The notes under the pieces were generated by a model. That model saw only the letters and a program-made list of their open reading frames with translations, did no database searches and was not told the DNA's origin. DNA of 64,000 nucleotides from an uncultured Gammaproteobacteria bacterium. GTDB lineage: Bacteria > Pseudomonadota > Gammaproteobacteria > JAJDYQ01. Numbering within the stretch: position 1 is the stretch's first letter; every line of letters starts with the position of its first letter. Made by a program: the position numbers and the translations under genes. This document shows positions 8,868 through 18,716 of the stretch, one piece after another. Location of the stretch: the NCBI GenBank assembly GCA_942491945.1, contig CALODD010000035.1:4110-68109 (forward strand). Reading direction: 5' to 3'.

Positions 8868-10991
8868 TCATTCACCACGCACTGCCTCTAACACCGATGG
8901 TACCTGTGCCACTTTTTGCAACACTCTCATTAACTGATCAAGGTGCGTTATCTCCGTCACAATATTCATATGCGCTGTATTATCTTCCTCATCGCTATAG
9001 GAGTTAACCGCGCGTACATTTACATCCTCCTTAGCCAGCACCTGTGTAATATCACTGAGCAGGCCATTGCGATCATAAGCCACGATTTTGATTGGTACCG
9101 TATAACGACTATCCGGCTGATTTGCCCAGGAGACCTGTATTTTTCGCTGTTGTTGTTCCTCGTTCAAATTGAGCATATTCACACAATCCTGACGATGAAT
9201 ACGCACACCGCTACCACGCGTGATATAGCCAATGATGGATTCATAGGGGACAGGATTACAGCACGTCGCGATTTCCGTCATTAACTTGCCGACCCCTGCA
9301 ACGATAATATCATCACCCGTCGGAACCTCTGCCTGGCGATTTACAGTAGCAGGTAATTCTTTATCTAAAATTTGTGGCTGTAATTGATTAATAACCTGAT
9401 TGACGGTGACTTCACCTCGACCAACTGCGGCATAAAGGTCATCATCACTATGTAAATTAAATATTTCAGGCAGACTGCGAGCATCAGCTAACTGCAGTCC
9501 AACCCGCTTCAACTCACGTTCCAGCTGCTGCTTCCCATCGCTTAAATTCTTCTCAAAATCTTGTAGTCGAAACCACTGGCGTATGCTGCTGCGCGCTCGT
9601 CCACTAACAATATATCCAAGATGTGGGTTTAACCAATCTCTGCTTGGCCCACCTTCTTTAGCGGTGAGAATTTCAACTTTATCGCCATTGGATAGCTGAT
9701 CAGTTAGAGAAGCCATCTTGCCATTGACCTTCGCTCCACGGCACCGGTGACCAACCTGAGTATGAATATGATAAGCAAAGTCGACTGGTGTTGAATGCGA
9801 AGGCAAATCGATCACCTGGCCTTGCGGTGTTAGGACATACAGCCGCTCCTGAAATACTTCAGACTTGAAACGATCAATAAAGTCTTCAGCCTCCTGCTCG
9901 TCATCTTTCCACTCCAGCATTTGGCGCAACCAGTTTATTTCCTCGTGCAATCCGGCATCGTGTCTGGATTGTTCTTTGTACAACCAATGCGCAGCCACAC
10001 CATATTCAGCGAACTGGTGCATTTCATGCGTTCTGATCTGTACTTCGAGCGCATGACCGCCTGGGCCGACAACCGCAGTGTGCAATGACTGGTAGCCGTT
10101 CTCTTTGGGGTTCGCGATATAGTCATCAAACTCCTGCGGAATATGCTTCCACTCACCATGCACGATACCCAGCACCGTATAGCAATCTGTTACCGTATCG
10201 ACAAGCACCCTGACTGCCTGCACATCAAATAGCTCATCGAACGGCAGGTTCTTACGCTGCATTTTTCGCCAGATACTGTAAATGTGTTTTGGTCGGCCTT
10301 TCAGTTCAGCATCAATACCCTGAGAATGAAGTCCATTCCTGACCACTTCAAGCACCTGATTAATCATCGCTTCACGCTCGATACGCTTGCGTTCCAGATT
10401 ACTGGCGAGCGTTTTGTAGGTATCTCGCTCAAGCTTTCTGAAAGCCAGATCTTCCAATTCCCATTTGATCTGCCAGATACCCAGACGGTTAGCTAGAGGC
10501 GCGTAAATATCCAGTGTCTCTTTAGCCAGAATCTGCTGTTCAAGTTCTGATAGTTTTTGGATTACGCGCATCCGACTTAGCTGATCAGCCAGCTTAATCA
10601 ATACAACACGCACATCTCGGGCCATCGCCAGAAGCATTTTGCGTAAATTTTCTGCTTGTGCAGCAGGTAAATCAGAGTGCCCAGGATTGATTTCACGAAG
10701 ATAAGACAGCCTGCAAACACCTTCAACAAGATCGAATATTTCCGACCCGAGCTGACTCTGTATTTCCGACTTTGATTCAGTATCAAGTTGGATATTTTGC
10801 AACAAAGCCGCCGATAGTGTCTCATAATCCAGACCCAGCTCTGCGAGTGTCTGTGCTACGTCAATAGCATGTTCATACTCATCAATTGGTGCATTTTGAG
10901 ATCTGAGTATGTCATCTGCACGCCCAATGATATCCAGGTGCTTTTCAGGCACCAGATCCGTCAGGCTACGCGGTAAAGCAACCGCATTCAT
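8868..10991 (-). CDS. relA: GTP pyrophosphokinase RelA ((p)ppGpp synthetase I)
   Basis: 707 aa with the RelA/SpoT synthetase core (GRPKHIYSIWRKMQRK, NGYQSLHT) plus TGS and ACT regions. The hydrolase HD motif is degenerate (ALLQNI instead of ALLHD), and GIWQIKWELED is RelA-like. Confidence 0.9.
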   Translation of the reverse strand: MNAVALPRSLTDLVPEKHLDIIGRADDILRSQNAPIDEYEHAIDVAQTLAELGLDYETLSAALLQNIQLDTESKSEIQSQLGSEIFDLVEGVCRLSYLREINPGHSDLPAAQAENLRKMLLAMARDVRVVLIKLADQLSRMRVIQKLSELEQQILAKETLDIYAPLANRLGIWQIKWELEDLAFRKLERDTYKTLASNLERKRIEREAMINQVLEVVRNGLHSQGIDAELKGRPKHIYSIWRKMQRKNLPFDELFDVQAVRVLVDTVTDCYTVLGIVHGEWKHIPQEFDDYIANPKENGYQSLHTAVVGPGGHALEVQIRTHEMHQFAEYGVAAHWLYKEQSRHDAGLHEEINWLRQMLEWKDDEQEAEDFIDRFKSEVFQERLYVLTPQGQVIDLPSHSTPVDFAYHIHTQVGHRCRGAKVNGKMASLTDQLSNGDKVEILTAKEGGPSRDWLNPHLGYIVSGRARSSIRQWFRLQDFEKNLSDGKQQLERELKRVGLQLADARSLPEIFNLHSDDDLYAAVGRGEVTVNQVINQLQPQILDKELPATVNRQAEVPTGDDIIVAGVGKLMTEIATCCNPVPYESIIGYITRGSGVRIHRQDCVNMLNLNEEQQQRKIQVSWANQPDSRYTVPIKIVAYDRNGLLSDITQVLAKEDVNVRAVNSYSDEEDNTAHMNIVTEITHLDQLMRVLQKVAQVPSVLEAVRGE

Positions 10992-11000
10992 TGATCCAGT

Positions 11001-11246
11001 TTATCCTGCGCTGGAGTCATTATTCGTTGATAACCATGCCATGCGGCCGAGCTTAATCGCGAGTATAAGAAGCCCTGTACTGTGCATAATCAGATCAAAA
11101 ATATCGATGGGTTTAACCAGGCTTCCTTCGCTTAACATGCGCAACTTTTCCACTAAATGTGGCTCTGGTGCCATGGGGGCTAATCCCAACATAATCGCTA
11201 CAATCCCCAAGGGCAAAACCGGAATAGACTCGAGAACTTTCAACAT
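11001..11246 (-). CDS. small conserved-looking membrane protein (unknown function)
   Basis: MLKVLESIPVLPLGIVAIMLGLAPMAPEPHLVEKL... with two hydrophobic segments. It ends 10 nt upstream of the relA start. AGGA lies about 10 nt before the ATG at 11246. Confidence 0.5.
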   Translation of the reverse strand: MLKVLESIPVLPLGIVAIMLGLAPMAPEPHLVEKLRMLSEGSLVKPIDIFDLIMHSTGLLILAIKLGRMAWLSTNNDSSAG

Positions 11247-11303
11247 AATTCGTCCTGAGGGGCTACGCATCCCGCGTACCCCCTGTACAGTCGTTATAGG
11301 ATA

Positions 11304-11483
11304 CTAGGCGTGCATGGTCTCATCGAGCACAGGCATTAGCAAGAAAATGAGAAAGCCTGCTACCACGAGCCAGAACGCGTAGGCTGTTATGAACGGAATC
11401 GTCACAATATGACCGATAATACTGATAAGGCCTAATATCATAGCAATCCAGTATAATGTGCTATCTGTAAGGTCGCGCTGCAT
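11304..11483 (-). CDS. 59-aa two-TM membrane protein (not in ORF track)
   Basis: GAAGGAGGTGCCTC precedes the ATG at 11483. The product is MQRDLTDSTLYWIAMILGLISIIGHIVTIPFITAYAFWLVVAGFLIFLLMPVLDETMHA, with TAG at 11304-11306. It has a strong SD and two clear hydrophobic helices. Confidence 0.5.
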   Translation of the reverse strand: MQRDLTDSTLYWIAMILGLISIIGHIVTIPFITAYAFWLVVAGFLIFLLMPVLDETMHA

Positions 11484-11730
11484 GAGGCACCTCCTTCTAT
11501 ATGGACATACCCTTTAGACCCATAATACGAACAAATGCTCAACTAATAATATTTTACTGTGATCAGAACTATCTATCTGTCACGCAGGACGATTCCTTCT
11601 ATACGCTCTGGTTATTAATCATCAAATCGAGAATTCTTGAACTACTTCCAGAAAAAACACTTGTCAAACAACGGTATTACGTCCTAAAGTTAAACCTGTG
11701 TCATTCATTAATAAATCTATGGAGCTTTCC

Positions 11731-12162
11731 ATGAAACAGGCTTTGGCAATAACCGTAATATCATTGTCACTTTGCAGTTTTGCGGCTAACTCAAAACTAT
11801 ATAAGTGGGTGGATGACAAGGGTCAGGTCAACTACAGCCAGACCAAACCGACGGATTTCAAAGCGTCCGAGGTTAATGCGCCACCTCCACCACCTAGTGA
11901 TGCACCAGATTTAAATAAGCCCTTCGCTGACCAGATACGTTCGAAATCGACTTCGAAAAATGGATCTAGTTCTTCTAGCTCAACTGGAAATAACTCAAAC
12001 GATGACGCATGCGAAACCGCTAGAAAAAATCTTTCTGCGCTTCAAAACAATGCCCGAATAAAATACAAAGATACCAAAGGTGAAACAGTCATCATGCCTG
12101 ACGATGTAAAGAAACAAAAAGTCGAAGAGTCTCAGGAGCAGGTCAAGCAATTCTGTAAATAG
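11731..12162 (+). CDS. DUF4124-domain secreted protein
   Basis: GGAG lies 7 nt before the ATG at 11731. The signal peptide MKQALAITVISLSLCSFA is followed by KLYKWVDDKGQVNYSQ. A Ser-rich linker is present. Confidence 0.7.
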   Translation: MKQALAITVISLSLCSFAANSKLYKWVDDKGQVNYSQTKPTDFKASEVNAPPPPPSDAPDLNKPFADQIRSKSTSKNGSSSSSSTGNNSNDDACETARKNLSALQNNARIKYKDTKGETVIMPDDVKKQKVEESQEQVKQFCK

Positions 12163-12218
12163 CCTGATATTGAACACTGCGGACTACGCTATAGAGCCCA
12201 TATACCACACAAATAAAA

Positions 12219-12239
12219 ATGCCACCTGACTGGTGGCAT
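12219..12239 (-). terminator. intrinsic terminator hairpin between convergent genes
   Basis: A perfect 8-bp stem ATGCCACC / GGTGGCAT with loop TGACT. On the minus strand it is followed by TTTTTATTT, so it fits best as the terminator of 12280..12786. Confidence 0.65.
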
Positions 12240-12279
12240 TAGATATGTAATTTTTACTGACTAAATAAACCAGGGCATA

Positions 12280-12786
12280 TTACCAGGGCATAAAGTTATT
12301 AAACATCGACATGGGCCGTGTATTCTGAGCCATGCCAGCAACTGAATGACGCATATGCTCATTAGAGTACGTAATCGCCCTCATCGAATGATTCATTTGC
12401 TGTGTCTCTGCCACCATATTAGTCACTGAACCATCCAGTTTTTCCATATGTGAAAGCATCGGAGGCAACGATCGAATATCCGATGACATATTATTAATCG
12501 TCACTGTCATTTTCTGCATACTATCGGTGATTCGAGCCATGTGGTGCCCCATATTAGGGTCCAGGCTCCGAGCAATTGTACGAATATCGCTAGTCAGGCT
12601 GTAAATCAGGTAGAAGCCAAATGCTGCAAGAACCATGAATGCTACCAGAGAGGGATAAACGATGACTTGCCATTGTTTTGCACTTTTTTCAACGACAGAT
12701 AGGAAACGCTCCATGCTCTGTTCATTGATGCTGCTGGTTCCTTCACTAGTCTGAACCGCCACGGCGGTTTCTTGCAGTTCTGTCAT
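12280..12786 (-). CDS. single-pass membrane protein with Met/His-rich C-terminal domain (unknown function)
   Basis: 168 aa with one TM segment (VIVYPSLVAFMVLAAFGFYLIYSL). A periodic Met-rich tail follows (MGHHMARITDSMQKMTVTINNMSSDI...MRHSVAGMAQNTRPMSMFNNFMPW). Confidence 0.5.
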   Translation of the reverse strand: MTELQETAVAVQTSEGTSSINEQSMERFLSVVEKSAKQWQVIVYPSLVAFMVLAAFGFYLIYSLTSDIRTIARSLDPNMGHHMARITDSMQKMTVTINNMSSDIRSLPPMLSHMEKLDGSVTNMVAETQQMNHSMRAITYSNEHMRHSVAGMAQNTRPMSMFNNFMPW

Positions 12787-12931
12787 ATACCCGGCCTCTA
12801 TAATTAATAGTTATTATTCTAATTATCAGGTATCCAGTATGGCATAGCAGTTTTTTCAGTTCAATCTTCCGACTAATACCTGAATAGCCGGAAGAGACTA
12901 TATTTTTAACCTAAGTTAAATCATGCCTATT

Positions 12932-15900
12932 CTAGGGACAGCTGCCATTATTTTTTGCCAAATCGACATTAATTGCATGAGTACCTGCGCCTTTATACGC
13001 GGTATACCAGATTGCATTTTTTGTCCCGGTACTTGATATGGTTGTCCCTGAAATCCTGGAAGCATAATCACAAACTGTTTTACTGTATGTAAACTGGACA
13101 GCCACGCCGGCTGATGTAGATGGATTAACCTGGATTGAGCAATTGATGGAATTACCCGATGCCGGAGTACAGTTTCCATCACCACTATTGACGGTTGTAC
13201 CGGTAACAGAATAAGCGGTAGTGTTAGTAATTGATGCAGTCGTATCATATTTCGTGAAACTAAAAAGGAGGTTTACAGTTTCCAGATTTGATGCCACCAC
13301 AACTGATTCGGTTAGATCATCGCCACTCGTAGTATTATCAGTCTCCGTCGCTGTAGCCGAACTGGCATCGTAGGTAATCGTAGTACCTACCGCGACAGCC
13401 GCGTTCACTGACGCATTCACTTGCAATGTAGCACTAGCCCCGACACTGAGATTAAACCCACTCCAGGTCACTGTGCCTGAACTATGTGCCGCAGTACCCG
13501 TCGATGCCGTATGCGATAGATATGTTGAATCAGAAGATAATTTACTGGTAAATGACAGATTAGTAGCAGGGTCGCCGCCATTATTTTTAATCGTCACCAA
13601 ATATTGCAACGCGTCACCGGCCTGCGGTGTGGAGTCTCCACTATTAAGGGTTATATCGGTCTCAATATCAGCCACTGGGCTACTACCTATGGTGATAGTC
13701 TCTGAACGATCATCGCTGGCTATACTATCTACCCCCGGAGCGACAGATTTCGCGACATTAGAAGCATCGATGGTAAAACTTATATTATCTCCTACCGTCC
13801 CCGAATTCACTGACGCATCCAATACAAGCGTTGCCGAGGCATCAACTGCTAACGTAGTCATTGCCCAAGTTCGTGTTCCACTAGTATAAGTGCCCGTACT
13901 CGCATTACTACTTACATACCCTAGTTCTGTTGGCCATGCATCATGGGTCAACGAAACCGTCGTCGCCGCAACAGGGCCATTATTAGTTACTGTAACGGTA
14001 TATTGAACCTGGTCCCCCACCTGAGGAGTCCCATCCCCACTACTCAAAGTAACGTCAGTTTGTAAATCAGCTTCACCCGTAGCCACTACAGATACTGAAG
14101 CACTTAGGCTATCGCCCGTCGTACCTGGGTCGTTGTTATCGCCAGCGGCTGCAGTCGTAATATTGGTCAGTGTTGTGCCTTCCGTACCAGCATTGACTGA
14201 AGCATCGATGACGATATTAACGCTGGCGTCTTTTGCTAAAGAGCCAATCGTCCACAGACCACTGCCTGATGCATAAGTACCCTGAGAAGCTACGGCTGAT
14301 ATAAACGTGAAACCGCCTGGGACTGCATCTGTAAGCTTCACATTCGTATCCGCATCAGGGCCATCATTAGCGACGACAATCTTAAACTGAACCGTATCTC
14401 CCACCTCAGGCGTTGAATCAGCACTATTAAGCGTTTTCACCGTGGTCAGATCAGATGTTTTAGTTGACGAAGTTACCGTACAGCCAAAATTTTTGTTTGT
14501 TACATTTGCTGTTACCGCGCTCCCGGCAAATGAATAAGCTTGATCAGTAGGCGTTGTGCAAGAACCATTCTTCACACTAATGAGAACATTTCCTTCCCAA
14601 CCGATGCCAGTACTATCACTACTATCGTATGTATGAAAAACAGTACATGAATAATCAGCAATTTCTTTACCTGAGCCCATTGATGATCTATCCGTAACAG
14701 TACAATTACCTGCTGTACCATAGGTTTGATCATCTGAAGTATTCACAACAAACGCATCACTAACCAGTACACCATTGCTATTGCTGATAGATCCTGTAAT
14801 CGTATGGGTGAATTCTGGTACCAAGGATGGATTAAAGCCACACCCTGCCGTATCCATAAAGTAAGGGTAACTGCCTTCATTATTAATAATGTTTGTAGAA
14901 GACACATTACCTGAAGCGTCTGCTGAAATAACAGAACTTTCGGCAAGAATAGTATTTCCAGATGCATTTACCGTAATAGTTTCAAATATAATTTGGTCAT
15001 TATCAGCAGCTAGATAGCCCTCTTCCAGCCGTGTATCGCTGGTATACCAATATGGCTGTATCGCATCGGTCACACTATTACCGGACGCATCGGTCGTCTC
15101 GTAATAATGGGATTGATTGAGACAGACAAAATCATCTGGTGTATTGGCAAATGCATTAAGATCGTTCCCTGTATCGTTTCCTGAGGCATCGTATATATTC
15201 AGAAGGAACTCAGATTCATTCTCCATAACGCCTTTACAACCAGCATCATCATCGTTATTCCCAAGATCAAGTGCTAGAAAGTTATGTCCAGGCAGATAGG
15301 CATTACCAGAAGGATCAATACGGTAACCAGAGTTATAATTAGCATTGATATTAGCATCATGAGGACTTGGCAATATCAGCTCATCCTGAACTCCAACTGT
15401 ACGGAAGTTACCTACACCATCACTATTTTCATCGTCTAGTACGAGGTCATTACCTACAGTTGATGCACCTGCGCCCTGATAGTAGTCCTGCGACATCAAT
15501 CCACGGTAGCTGCGTCGGCCGGAAAACTTCGGCCCATTCATACCATAGCCACCATTCGTGACCGGGTCGCCGACACAAACATTGGCCTTTTTATTTGAGA
15601 CACTTTCTTCATGCAATATACTGATATTGCCAAACCAGTTGCCACCCATGTAACAAGTATATGGAAAATAACTATAGTCACCTGTATCAACGAGGGCAGT
15701 CTTGTTTTCAACACAGGCAGCGCCCGGAGTATTTGCAACAAAAATATTACTCACATCAATATCGGCATCGGAATCTTCTAACCAGACATAGCCACTTATT
15801 TCTGAGAAAGTAATACAGGCACCATTGTCACAGGCATCTTCAATTCGTAATAGAATATAACCATTTGCATCAATCAGTTCGACACGGTTCTGAGCTAGAT

Positions 15901-16537
15901 TTGTATAGGTATAGCTACCATCATCGTTCTGCTCAGCACCAGCAGGTATACTGCCATATTTGCCGGTTCCTTCTTTAGCATTACCAGATGATGTTGGATA
16001 GCCATCGACCGAAGCTGAGTCTGATGCAAGCGCTGCCACTTCTTCAGGACTTCTGTATAAAACATTGGTGCTTAATACCACTTCATCTGTATTACCTGTT
16101 TTAGGATCAGTCCAACTTACCTTAACGTCAACAACGACTGTGACCGCACCTGACGCGGCAGTCATGTTCCAGGAGCGAGTAAAATCAGCATTTACGCCGG
16201 CGATCGTTGCTGCTTCAGTAACCGTTGCGGTATCTCCAGCCTGACTATCCAGATAGCTCAGTATGTCAGCTTGAAAAGTATCGGTGGAGTCCAGATTAAT
16301 ATTACGTAATTTGGAAACCAGCTCTGGCTGGTTAATATAATTTCGTACTTCGTCGACTTTTTGCTGGGCAAGAGCTACCGCCTCCGCTCGAGCCTTACTT
16401 GATCCGCTACTCGAGACAAGACTGGACTGAAATTTAGCTACCGCTAACAAACCAACGGCAATAATAACTACCGCAATCAATGCCTCTATCAAGGTAAAAC
16501 CATGAGATTGGCGACGTGAAGAACTAGCATATATCAT
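12932..16537 (-). CDS. giant PilV-type minor pilin fused to an adhesin-like region with three DUF11 repeats
   Basis: The likely start is the ATG at 16537, preceded by GAGGGTG. It gives MIYASSSRRQSHG|FTLIEALIAVVIIAVGLLAVAKFQ, a class III (prepilin) signal with G-1/F+1/E+5 and a PilV-like helix. About 1,150 further aa follow: a Cys/Asp/Asn-rich region, three DUF11-like repeats and a 118-aa Cys-containing C-terminal domain. Confidence 0.8.
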   Translation of the reverse strand: MIYASSSRRQSHGFTLIEALIAVVIIAVGLLAVAKFQSSLVSSSGSSKARAEAVALAQQKVDEVRNYINQPELVSKLRNINLDSTDTFQADILSYLDSQAGDTATVTEAATIAGVNADFTRSWNMTAASGAVTVVVDVKVSWTDPKTGNTDEVVLSTNVLYRSPEEVAALASDSASVDGYPTSSGNAKEGTGKYGSIPAGAEQNDDGSYTYTNLAQNRVELIDANGYILLRIEDACDNGACITFSEISGYVWLEDSDADIDVSNIFVANTPGAACVENKTALVDTGDYSYFPYTCYMGGNWFGNISILHEESVSNKKANVCVGDPVTNGGYGMNGPKFSGRRSYRGLMSQDYYQGAGASTVGNDLVLDDENSDGVGNFRTVGVQDELILPSPHDANINANYNSGYRIDPSGNAYLPGHNFLALDLGNNDDDAGCKGVMENESEFLLNIYDASGNDTGNDLNAFANTPDDFVCLNQSHYYETTDASGNSVTDAIQPYWYTSDTRLEEGYLAADNDQIIFETITVNASGNTILAESSVISADASGNVSSTNIINNEGSYPYFMDTAGCGFNPSLVPEFTHTITGSISNSNGVLVSDAFVVNTSDDQTYGTAGNCTVTDRSSMGSGKEIADYSCTVFHTYDSSDSTGIGWEGNVLISVKNGSCTTPTDQAYSFAGSAVTANVTNKNFGCTVTSSTKTSDLTTVKTLNSADSTPEVGDTVQFKIVVANDGPDADTNVKLTDAVPGGFTFISAVASQGTYASGSGLWTIGSLAKDASVNIVIDASVNAGTEGTTLTNITTAAAGDNNDPGTTGDSLSASVSVVATGEADLQTDVTLSSGDGTPQVGDQVQYTVTVTNNGPVAATTVSLTHDAWPTELGYVSSNASTGTYTSGTRTWAMTTLAVDASATLVLDASVNSGTVGDNISFTIDASNVAKSVAPGVDSIASDDRSETITIGSSPVADIETDITLNSGDSTPQAGDALQYLVTIKNNGGDPATNLSFTSKLSSDSTYLSHTASTGTAAHSSGTVTWSGFNLSVGASATLQVNASVNAAVAVGTTITYDASSATATETDNTTSGDDLTESVVVASNLETVNLLFSFTKYDTTASITNTTAYSVTGTTVNSGDGNCTPASGNSINCSIQVNPSTSAGVAVQFTYSKTVCDYASRISGTTISSTGTKNAIWYTAYKGAGTHAINVDLAKNNGSCP
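13289..14470 (-). repeat. three tandem ~129-136-aa DUF11-type repeats inside the giant pilin gene
   Basis: A recurrent pattern is visible: TPxxGDxVQ[FY]x[IV]xVxNxGPxxAT[NT]VxLT ... G[TS]Y...G.W.[IM]..L....S..[LI]..DASVN. The repeat boundaries were computed from the translation. Confidence 0.7.
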
Positions 16538-16577
16538 GAGTTCACCCTCATTAGATTCAAATGCCCCATATCCCCAC

Positions 16578-17909
16578 CTAAAAGTCTTTCCAGCTACCAG
16601 ATGTTGCGATATTCTCGGCAAGAGCTTCTTCCATATCACGCAAGATGCCGCTGTCATACCAGATATCTAGCGTACCCGTTACCGCTGTATTTGTACCCTC
16701 AACAATCATGGCACCATGAACTTCCGGGTTACCTGCCGTGTCGACATCACCAATTACATAAAGAAGCCCTAGCACTACAGCGCCGTTCGTCTTAAAGTCA
16801 CCATCAATCACGACTAACGATGGCCCTCTCGTCCCCACATCTTTGCAAGGCGTATCGTATGCACCATAATCTGGGCCGCTATTCTTAGCACGCGTACCCA
16901 TTGAGGCGGAACATCCGACTGTAGGGCTGCCCGAAGTATCGCCATCTACCCATATGATTTTATTCGTCGCTAGATTCGCTCCATCCGGATAATCATCCGC
17001 AAAATCTGCTCCGCTGATAACAATATCGGCAACGTTATTTTTAAAGTGTGCTTTCGAAACGCCAAAGGTAGCCATAAAAAACTCATCCGGCGTGTAGTCA
17101 GATAGTGTTGTCTCTCCGTCAATCACATCGCCCATAGTCGCCGTTTTTGCGGCAGCATCAACCACAACACACTTGACATATTCAGTACCTGGGCAACCAT
17201 TATATAAAGTACCATCATCACATTTAAATTCACCACCGCTACAGGCTGGCCAATTGTTATCAGAATTTGTCGAATCCTTACTAGCTACTCGAGTCGAAAC
17301 CGTTGCATTATTGCCTGAAATAGTTGCCACGCCACCCGTCACAATGGTGCCGAAGCCCTCTGGATTATGTATTGTCGCTGAGCCACCAACTACCAGTGAA
17401 CCACGAGCCGTAAAGGGCGTATTTGGCGCTGTTGCCAAAGGGTCATCCGTACCTATCGTTGTAGAAACAGTTCGACTAGCAACCCCGTCACCACTAGTAC
17501 CGACTGATGTAATATAAAAGTTATCAGAGTCACTTACGGTACTGGCATCCATGGCCAGTGTTATTGCCACTGTAGAATTATTATTAAATGTTTTACTATT
17601 TGTCGTCCCTGATGCATCAGTTGCAACTAGCCCGCTTGCATAGAACACGAACTCATCTGATACGGCATCGTCATCATCGTGATCAAAGCCCCCATTCTCA
17701 GCGTAGGCAATAGCCGCTTCCATACCTGCCTCAGCAGCCTCAAATGCCATTTTACTTCGAGCATCATTGCCGGAAATTTTCTGCTCTATCGAAACTGTCT
17801 TTGCTGTATATAGCGTTATCATCGTTATCAGTGTCAGAATAATAAGCGAGATCAATATCGTCATCGCTCCTCGTTGCCTAACCCGTGTACTGGTAGTTAT
17901 TAAACGCAT
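16578..17909 (-). CDS. PilX-family minor pilin/pilus assembly protein, unusually large
   Basis: The N-terminus MRLITTSTRVRQRGAMTILISLIILTLITMITLYTAKT...ARSKMAFEAAEAGMEAAIAY matches the PilX N-terminal domain pattern. The product is about 443 aa. The start is ambiguous between 17909 and 17942. Confidence 0.7.
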   Translation of the reverse strand: MRLITTSTRVRQRGAMTILISLIILTLITMITLYTAKTVSIEQKISGNDARSKMAFEAAEAGMEAAIAYAENGGFDHDDDDAVSDEFVFYASGLVATDASGTTNSKTFNNNSTVAITLAMDASTVSDSDNFYITSVGTSGDGVASRTVSTTIGTDDPLATAPNTPFTARGSLVVGGSATIHNPEGFGTIVTGGVATISGNNATVSTRVASKDSTNSDNNWPACSGGEFKCDDGTLYNGCPGTEYVKCVVVDAAAKTATMGDVIDGETTLSDYTPDEFFMATFGVSKAHFKNNVADIVISGADFADDYPDGANLATNKIIWVDGDTSGSPTVGCSASMGTRAKNSGPDYGAYDTPCKDVGTRGPSLVVIDGDFKTNGAVVLGLLYVIGDVDTAGNPEVHGAMIVEGTNTAVTGTLDIWYDSGILRDMEEALAENIATSGSWKDF

Positions 17910-17919
17910 AAGTTCACCG

Positions 17920-18714
17920 TTATCTAACTCTAATTTGATCATTTCTAACTCTGACCGTGATATTCATGGAAGCATCAACCAGATCATCGCTAATCAATTC
18001 AGCATTTAATGAAATCTCAACGTTGCGTATTTCACCTGTGATATCACCCGCGCTTGGCGCCACACCACCCTGGGATGCATAACAGTTATTTTCATCTACA
18101 CCGCCCGTCGAAGTATCATCATCCTGTGTGGCATTGATACATTGAGCATTAGATAGATCAAACGTTAGTGCATTTACATTTATAGTGTTTTGATCAGTAA
18201 TTCTTTCCCAACTACCTCTGGCACAATCATCCGCATTGGTTCCCGCATAGGAGCAATCGTTGGAAGTCCCAGAATCATCGCAACTACTGCGCATCCATAT
18301 TGCGTTATCAACTAATTTAAAACCTAACAATTCAGTGACGGATGGATTCCCTCCACTGTTATCGGAATCGTAAGCGTAGGTAATGCAGTTGCCACTTCCG
18401 GTATCTCCGGCAGATGTATTTGCTGAGGCATCACGCACATCGAGCGCTGTGCCACCCTCTTCACTAAAAGGGTTACTAGAAGAGTTCGAGGGAGTTGCGT
18501 CAGCCCAGTATCCCGCACGGCGAATGTCAGTAGACATGATATTAACCAATGTCATAATCTCCTGGTTAAGGCGACTTTGCTGCAAGGTATCTTTTGTACT
18601 ATTAAGCGTTGACACATAAACAGTTAATACGCCTGCAACGACAAAAAGGCCTACTGTCATCCCTATCATCAGTTCGACAAGTGTAACGCCGTGTTGTAAA
18701 TTTTGACTCTTCAT
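17920..18714 (-). CDS. PilW-like type IV pilus minor pilin
   Basis: MKSQNLQHG|VTLVELMIGMTVGLFVVAGVLTVY is a prepilin signal with E+5. The ATG at 18714 lies 2 nt after the upstream gene's stop. The track ORF used a TTG at 18723. Confidence 0.75.
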   Translation of the reverse strand: MKSQNLQHGVTLVELMIGMTVGLFVVAGVLTVYVSTLNSTKDTLQQSRLNQEIMTLVNIMSTDIRRAGYWADATPSNSSSNPFSEEGGTALDVRDASANTSAGDTGSGNCITYAYDSDNSGGNPSVTELLGFKLVDNAIWMRSSCDDSGTSNDCSYAGTNADDCARGSWERITDQNTINVNALTFDLSNAQCINATQDDDTSTGGVDENNCYASQGGVAPSAGDITGEIRNVEISLNAELISDDLVDASMNITVRVRNDQIRVR

Positions 18715-18716
18715 AG

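Noticed and set aside
12916-13248. A 110-aa ORF overlapping the 3' end of the giant pilin gene
   Set aside because: It is on the same strand but out of frame and lies within the well-supported giant ORF. It has no independent signals.
16538-16657. An N-terminal extension of the giant pilin ORF (track start at 16657)
   Set aside because: The extension would overlap the end of the pilX-like gene and would put 53 residues before the prepilin cleavage site. The ATG at 16537, with a GAGGGTG SD, gives a normal 13-residue leader.
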